Shown: positions 38,108 to 42,572 of the stretch, piece after piece | How positions within the stretch are numbered: position 1 is the stretch's first letter | Layout: every line of letters starts with the position of its first letter | Origin: an uncultured bacterium | Lineage (GTDB): Bacteria; Chloroflexota; UBA5177; JANWHV01 | Assembly (NCBI GenBank): GCA_963729625.1 | Contig: CAVSOU010000021.1 | Coordinates: 1 to 42,572 of the forward strand | Direction of reading: 5' to 3' | DNA length: 42,572 bases | The notes under the pieces: model-generated | Told to the model about the DNA's origin: nothing | Database searches by the model: none | The model's input: the letters and a program-made list of their open reading frames with translations, nothing else | Translations under genes and position numbers: made by a program

Positions 38108-39841
38108 CCTGGATTATGCGGGACCCCTGGAGGAAGCGGGCTGAGCGCACCTGGATGCGGACGCGGTACGGCGGCTGGGGCGTCGGGTAAGGGAAGTCGC
38201 GGGTAAGGCGAGACGACATGCCAGGGCGTCATGTCCCGTGGTGTGCGTCTGAGCTCGCTTGTGGCGCGGTTGGCATGGGCAGGACGGCGTAGGGGACCGC
38301 GCGGCGGTGGAACGGTCGCGGTGGTGGCAGCGGTCGGCAGCGGCGGGAGAGGTCAGCGGTACGGCGGTGCGCGGTCGGGCGGCGGAAGCGCGAGCAGGGC
38401 CCAGAGGACCTGACCGGGATGGCTGCTGGCCAGGTGGAGCTGCATGCGGTGCAGTCCTTCCCGCACGCGGCCGCCGATCTTGAGCAGTTGGAGCCGCAGT
38501 GTATCGAGCTGCAGACGGGGCAGGCCGCGGGCGGTCAGCCAGCGGCGGAGGGTATCGAGGAGCCAGTAGGCTGCGGCGTGCAGGATCAGGCGGCATTGGT
38601 TGGCCCAGAAGCGGTGGTCACTCAGGCGGTCGGCGAAGCAGGCGAGCTTGACGTCCTTGATCCACAGCTCCGGTGTGCCGCGATCGACGTACCAGTTGTA
38701 GAGGTCCGTCGGCGCATCGGTGCGGGTGGTGACGACGAAGCGCACATTGGGCCCTTTGGCGAGGGCTTCGGTCTTGTAGACCACACGGCGCGCGCGATCC
38801 CAGCTGTCGGCCTGGTAGGTGGTCTCACCGCACAGGCGGACCTTCTCTGCAGCGGTGGCCTCGCGCTGCGCCTGGGCCTGCGCCAGCAGCGGTGCGGCCA
38901 GGGCAGCCAGGCGGGCATTGGTGCCCAGACCGAGGGTGTAGCCGATCTGGTGGCGCTCGCAGAACTGGTAGATACGGGGCGTGGCGCCCGCCGCGTCAGC
39001 ACGGATCTCGATCCGCACGCCGGGCCAGCGCTGCCGAAAGGCCTGGACCAGCACGCGCAGCACCGTGATCACCCCGCGGCTGCCGTGCACGGTGCCGGGA
39101 CGCAGGATCGCGGTGATCGGCTGGTCGGTCTCGCCGTCGAAGACGAGGAGCGGATAGTACTGGTGCTGGCGGTAGTAGCCGTGGTAGGCCGCCCCTTCCT
39201 GGTGGCCGTGCGTCGGGTCGTCGGTGCTGTCGATATCCAGCAGGATGTGCCGAGGCACGCCCGCCTGTTCCCGCGCCGTCAGGTACACCTCCAGGAGGGC
39301 GTGGGCCAGGTGGCGACAGGCCCGGCGGTCCACGCTGTTCTCCAGGCGGCTGAAGGTGGACTGGCCGGCCAGGGCAGGACCACTCTCCGGCAGACGCCCA
39401 CAGACCACCTTGAGCAAGGGGTCGTCGCGCAGACTGTCGGCATCGTTCTGGTCCTCGTACCCGCAGGCAATCTGGAACACTCGCTGCCGGACCAGACTCT
39501 CCAGGGCGTAGCGGATGTGCCGGGTGCGCCGCTCCGGCAGGCTGGAGGCCAATCGCTTGCACAGCCCCAGGACGGCATCGGCCTGCGCCAGCCAGGGCAG
39601 CCCCCCGTCGCTGGTCAGACGGCCGCCGTCAAAGATGGCCTCGAGCGCCAGCTCGGTCTGGGTGGCAAAATGATACCGCGGTGTGGCAGACTGAATAGCC
39701 ATGGGGGTCGCTCCGCTTACTGGTCGTTGTGTGAGAACTTGACCGTAACGGAACGACCCCTAGCAATCAACCATCCTCAACTGTGCGCTGCGCCGAGCCG
39801 GCCTCTCCATAGCTCAGTTGCACCTTCCCGCATAATCCAGG
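38108..39841 (-). mobile_element. IS1380-family insertion sequence
   Basis: Perfect 16-bp IRs CCTGGATTATGCGGGA (38108-38123 and 39826-39841); CTAG duplication (38104-38107 and 39842-39845). Confidence 0.93.
38353..39702 (-). CDS. IS1380-family DDE transposase
   Basis: FDGGRLTSDGG, GYEDQND..LRDDP, LDIDSTDD, IRADA, Y..RG..ELWIKDVK, RFWAN. Confidence 0.95.
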   Translation of the reverse strand: MAIQSATPRYHFATQTELALEAIFDGGRLTSDGGLPWLAQADAVLGLCKRLASSLPERRTRHIRYALESLVRQRVFQIACGYEDQNDADSLRDDPLLKVVCGRLPESGPALAGQSTFSRLENSVDRRACRHLAHALLEVYLTAREQAGVPRHILLDIDSTDDPTHGHQEGAAYHGYYRQHQYYPLLVFDGETDQPITAILRPGTVHGSRGVITVLRVLVQAFRQRWPGVRIEIRADAAGATPRIYQFCERHQIGYTLGLGTNARLAALAAPLLAQAQAQREATAAEKVRLCGETTYQADSWDRARRVVYKTEALAKGPNVRFVVTTRTDAPTDLYNWYVDRGTPELWIKDVKLACFADRLSDHRFWANQCRLILHAAAYWLLDTLRRWLTARGLPRLQLDTLRLQLLKIGGRVREGLHRMQLHLASSHPGQVLWALLALPPPDRAPPYR

Positions 39842-40285
39842 CTAGAACACCCGCAACCCTGCGCCCATCCCCCAATTGAGGCCGCTCAGTGAACGACTGC
39901 AGCAGATGGTGCGGCACGATGCGCGGCGACGAGCACGCGCTCTCGCATAGTCATGCATCAGCTCGCTACTGCTGGCAGTGGTCGCTGGCCCGCGTCGCCC
40001 ATTCGGCAAGCGGCACCGCAGCACACACGGCCGGGGCGCAAGGCTTAAGCGGCACAAACGGAGTGTGGCTGATATCAGGCCGCGGACCTGAGACTCTCGT
40101 GCGGGCGAACCGTAGCCTCTGGATAATGATAGTAGCCGCCAGCAAGCGGCAAGTCTTCACCACTTCCGCAGGGAGGCGCCGACCGCGAGGGATCCTCCTG
40201 GCATCGACGGCCGTCGGCGTTTCCTAGCAGAGACCTGTGTGGAGGGGGACTGGCGCAGCTTGGCCGCAAATGGGTGAGGGAGTAA

Positions 40286-40693
40286 GTGGCACATGGCGTC
40301 GCTCACTGGTGCATATTGGCATTGCTGACGGCCGCGGTCATCGGCTCGGTAACATGGCTCCGTTCGGCAAACGCCGACCAGCCCAAAGAGATCTCACAGC
40401 AGGTTGCAGCGGTGTATGGCGAACGGCATCCCCGGACTTTGGAGGTCAGCAGAACGGTCACCGACAATAGCAGCGATGCGATGTACGTTATCGTCTTAGC
40501 AGGACGGTTTGTGGTGAACGGGCATCCTGCGCACTATCTCCGATTCTCAGCGCTAGCCGATCGGCACTACGTGTGGGCGATATTCGGTTACATGGATCTA
40601 AACGGAGCAAGAAAGGGCTTGGCCGACTGGATATGGGCCGACAATGAACTACCGACGGCTAAGCAGGGCAGATCGGCCAAGCAGACCGCGTGA
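40286..40693 (+). CDS. hypothetical exported/membrane-anchored protein
   Basis: RBS GAGGGAG; N-terminal hydrophobic segment; no family recognised. Confidence 0.5.
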   Translation: MAHGVAHWCILALLTAAVIGSVTWLRSANADQPKEISQQVAAVYGERHPRTLEVSRTVTDNSSDAMYVIVLAGRFVVNGHPAHYLRFSALADRHYVWAIFGYMDLNGARKGLADWIWADNELPTAKQGRSAKQTA

Positions 40694-40760
40694 AGTAGTA
40701 CGTGACATACTCCCGGAGGACACGGAGCAGGTGGGCCTCGCTCAGGATAAGCAGCTGGTT
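40694..40760 (-). pseudogene. micro-fragment of an integrase-core (rve) transposase
   Basis: LLILSEAHLLRVLREYVTYY. Confidence 0.5.
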
Positions 40761-40774
40761 CTTGACCGCCACTC

Positions 40775-41130
40775 TCACTTCCGGGGAACCGTTCGTATAC
40801 GAGCGAACGTGACGTGCACGGTGCCGCTCTCGGCGGTTTCGGCTTGCACCTGGTAGCCGTCCTCGAACCCGCGCAGGTCGTCCCACAGATTGATCCCGCG
40901 ACCAAGCAGGATGGGGGCGATCGCGACACGCAATCGGTCGACCAAACCGGCCATCAGGAACTCTCGTACAGTGCTGACGCCGCCCCCGACTCGTACGTCC
41001 TGTCCCCCGGCGGCAGCGGTGGCCTGCGCGAGTACCTGCGACGGATCCTCCTCGACGAAGTGGAACGTCGTGCCACCGGACATGCCGATCGGATCGCGCT
41101 TACGGTGGTGGTGAGCACGACGCCAACGGG
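40775..41130 (-). pseudogene. RibD/dihydrofolate-reductase-family protein, C-terminal part
   Basis: GGTTFHFV, AGGQDVRVGGGVSTVREFL.AGLVD.L.VAIAPILLGRG; N-terminus absent. Confidence 0.75.
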
Positions 41131-41425
41131 ACGCGGCTCGGCGCGACCGTGTATTTTCCAGAAGTGTTTAGCCGACAATCTCATAGATATCGCGTCGATT
41201 GACGGGTGCAAGGCATGAGAGCAAGTTCATCCGCATGTCTCCGCAGATAACCGCCCTCAGCCGTGCGAGAATATTGCCATCGCCCGAGCGTGATACAGTG
41301 CACAGCGAGCCCCAGCGCCAACCACCACTGTCTGTTCGGTGGACATAGCTCGGGGCTGCCGGGTTTCTGGATGCATATCGCTATTGCCTACTCCATCTTC
41401 AGATGCGAGATGCAGCAGCTCGCTG

Positions 41426-42362
41426 CTATCGAGGCACCCAGTGTCGCACACGCAGGTGGATCGTGCTTCCTTCAAAGACCTGAGCTGCGACAGGAATCGC
41501 GGATCTGGCATGCTCAGTAGAGTGGGTGAGTATTCTGAAATTCCGCTGCGCCGCGAAGTAGACATTGGCCGGAGGCTCGCCGAACAGGCCAAGGATGTCC
41601 CACATTACTACAACTGCACCCACGTTTCGATTTTGGTTCCCTGAGAGTGCCTGCTCGGCGGTCGCGACGGTGGCATCAATGCGATCATTAGTGTGTATCG
41701 ACCCAAACTTGTCAGGGTCGGTTATTGGCACAGGCAGACCTGTGATCGCGGTGATGTCCAACGCAGCCACACCGAAATACTCACCATCTCGAATCTGACG
41801 AGACTCGACGGTCGCTCGAACTTGGCTGCTGGTCTTCTTGATAACCTGCTTCAGCCGGTCGGCGCTTGAAGATAGGAGCCGCTTGCAGTCGGCGAACATT
41901 GGCACGTCGACGCCAGGTAAGCCGATGTGCTGGTTCGCCATCCCTTCGTCTTGTATCAGCTCCACAGAATGACCCTTCGATAGGTGCCAACCGGCAAAAG
42001 CGAACTCGACCATAAGATCTTTGTACTGGTCGGGATCTTCAATATTTCGATTGACTTTCTTGCCGACTCTACCAGGGCTGTCTCGCAGCAGACCGGGAGT
42101 AAGTGTCGCGAGGTCCCCGTCACTTATCTGGATAAGGGTCTGTCCATCCAGCACAGTCCTACCGACGATGGCATTTGGTTTGCCATCTGGACGTAATCGA
42201 TGCGACCGTCTGCGGCCTCCAAGGCTTTTAGCGCCTTCCAGCTGATATAGGCTGATTCTACGTTCTTCCATGGAAGAAGCTGACGGGAAAGAGCCGTTCA
42301 AGAATGGCAGCCTGTCTCCGGAAGAACTCATGTGGTTGATACGAGGCCTCTACTGCTGGCAT
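41426..42362 (-). pseudogene. hypothetical protein with a PD-(D/E)xK-like core; 5' part frameshifted
   Basis: Likely start ATG at 42362 (MPAVEASYQPHEFF), needing about two frameshifts to join ORF 41426..42331; DLMVEFAFA..GHSVE..MFADCKR. Confidence 0.4.
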
Positions 42363-42364
42363 AG

Positions 42365-42572
42365 CTACAGATTGTCCTCTTCCAGGGCCATCTCGTCGAT
42401 GCGACTCGCTGAACCGGTCCATTTCACAAGGATTTCACGAACTGTCTCAGCCAAGGATACCCGGACTGGACGGACATTTGCCCAGTCTCTCCTGTTGCCG
42501 GGTTGCGATACCTTAGCCAGCGGAGTTCTATCTTCTGCCAACACCATCGACTGATGGTGATGTGCACATATG
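42365..42572 (-). CDS. 3' end of a gene that may run off the window
   Basis: ORF ending ...RIDEMALEEDNL stops 2 nt before the ATG at 42362, an operon-like spacing. Confidence 0.3.
   Translation of the reverse strand, partial: ICAHHHQSMVLAEDRTPLAKVSQPGNRRDWANVRPVRVSLAETVREILVKWTGSASRIDEMALEEDNL

Noticed and set aside
38419-39879. 486-aa plus-strand ORF and similar antisense ORFs (15791..16933, 5506..6333, 12806..13618, 10062..11246)
   Set aside because: Antisense shadows of well-supported genes in high-GC DNA.

Overview
High-GC bacterial DNA; a soil Chloroflexota-like origin is a guess from gene content. About 1-14 kb holds metabolic genes (frameshifted GH116 glucosidase, iodotyrosine-deiodinase-like nitroreductase, PPP phosphatase, PhyH dioxygenase, FAD oxidoreductase, aldo/keto reductase, PAS kinase) mixed with short gene fragments. 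From about 15 to 42 kb the window is an accessory, IS-rich defence island. It carries (i) a ubiquitination-like operon (multi-ubiquitin protein, DUF6791-ThiF E2/E1 fusion, DUF6527; Bub-like) divergent from an XRE-HTH/ImmA-IrrE peptidase plus PIN pair, with an inverted-repeat operator between them; (ii) a single-chain SIR2-APAZ-short-Argonaute (SPARSA-type); (iii) a Shedu (DUF4263) nuclease with an unassigned N-terminal domain; and (iv) an 8-blade YVTN propeller with hypervariable loops. Mobile elements: a complete ISL3 nested in an IS21 terminal repeat, IS630 and IS1380 stacked at one CTAG, remnants of a Tn554-like tyrosine-recombinase element, and two orphan TG-type transposon ends with repeated binding sites. 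No rRNA, tRNA or supported CRISPR array was found. All family calls come from recognising motifs by eye; no searches were run.
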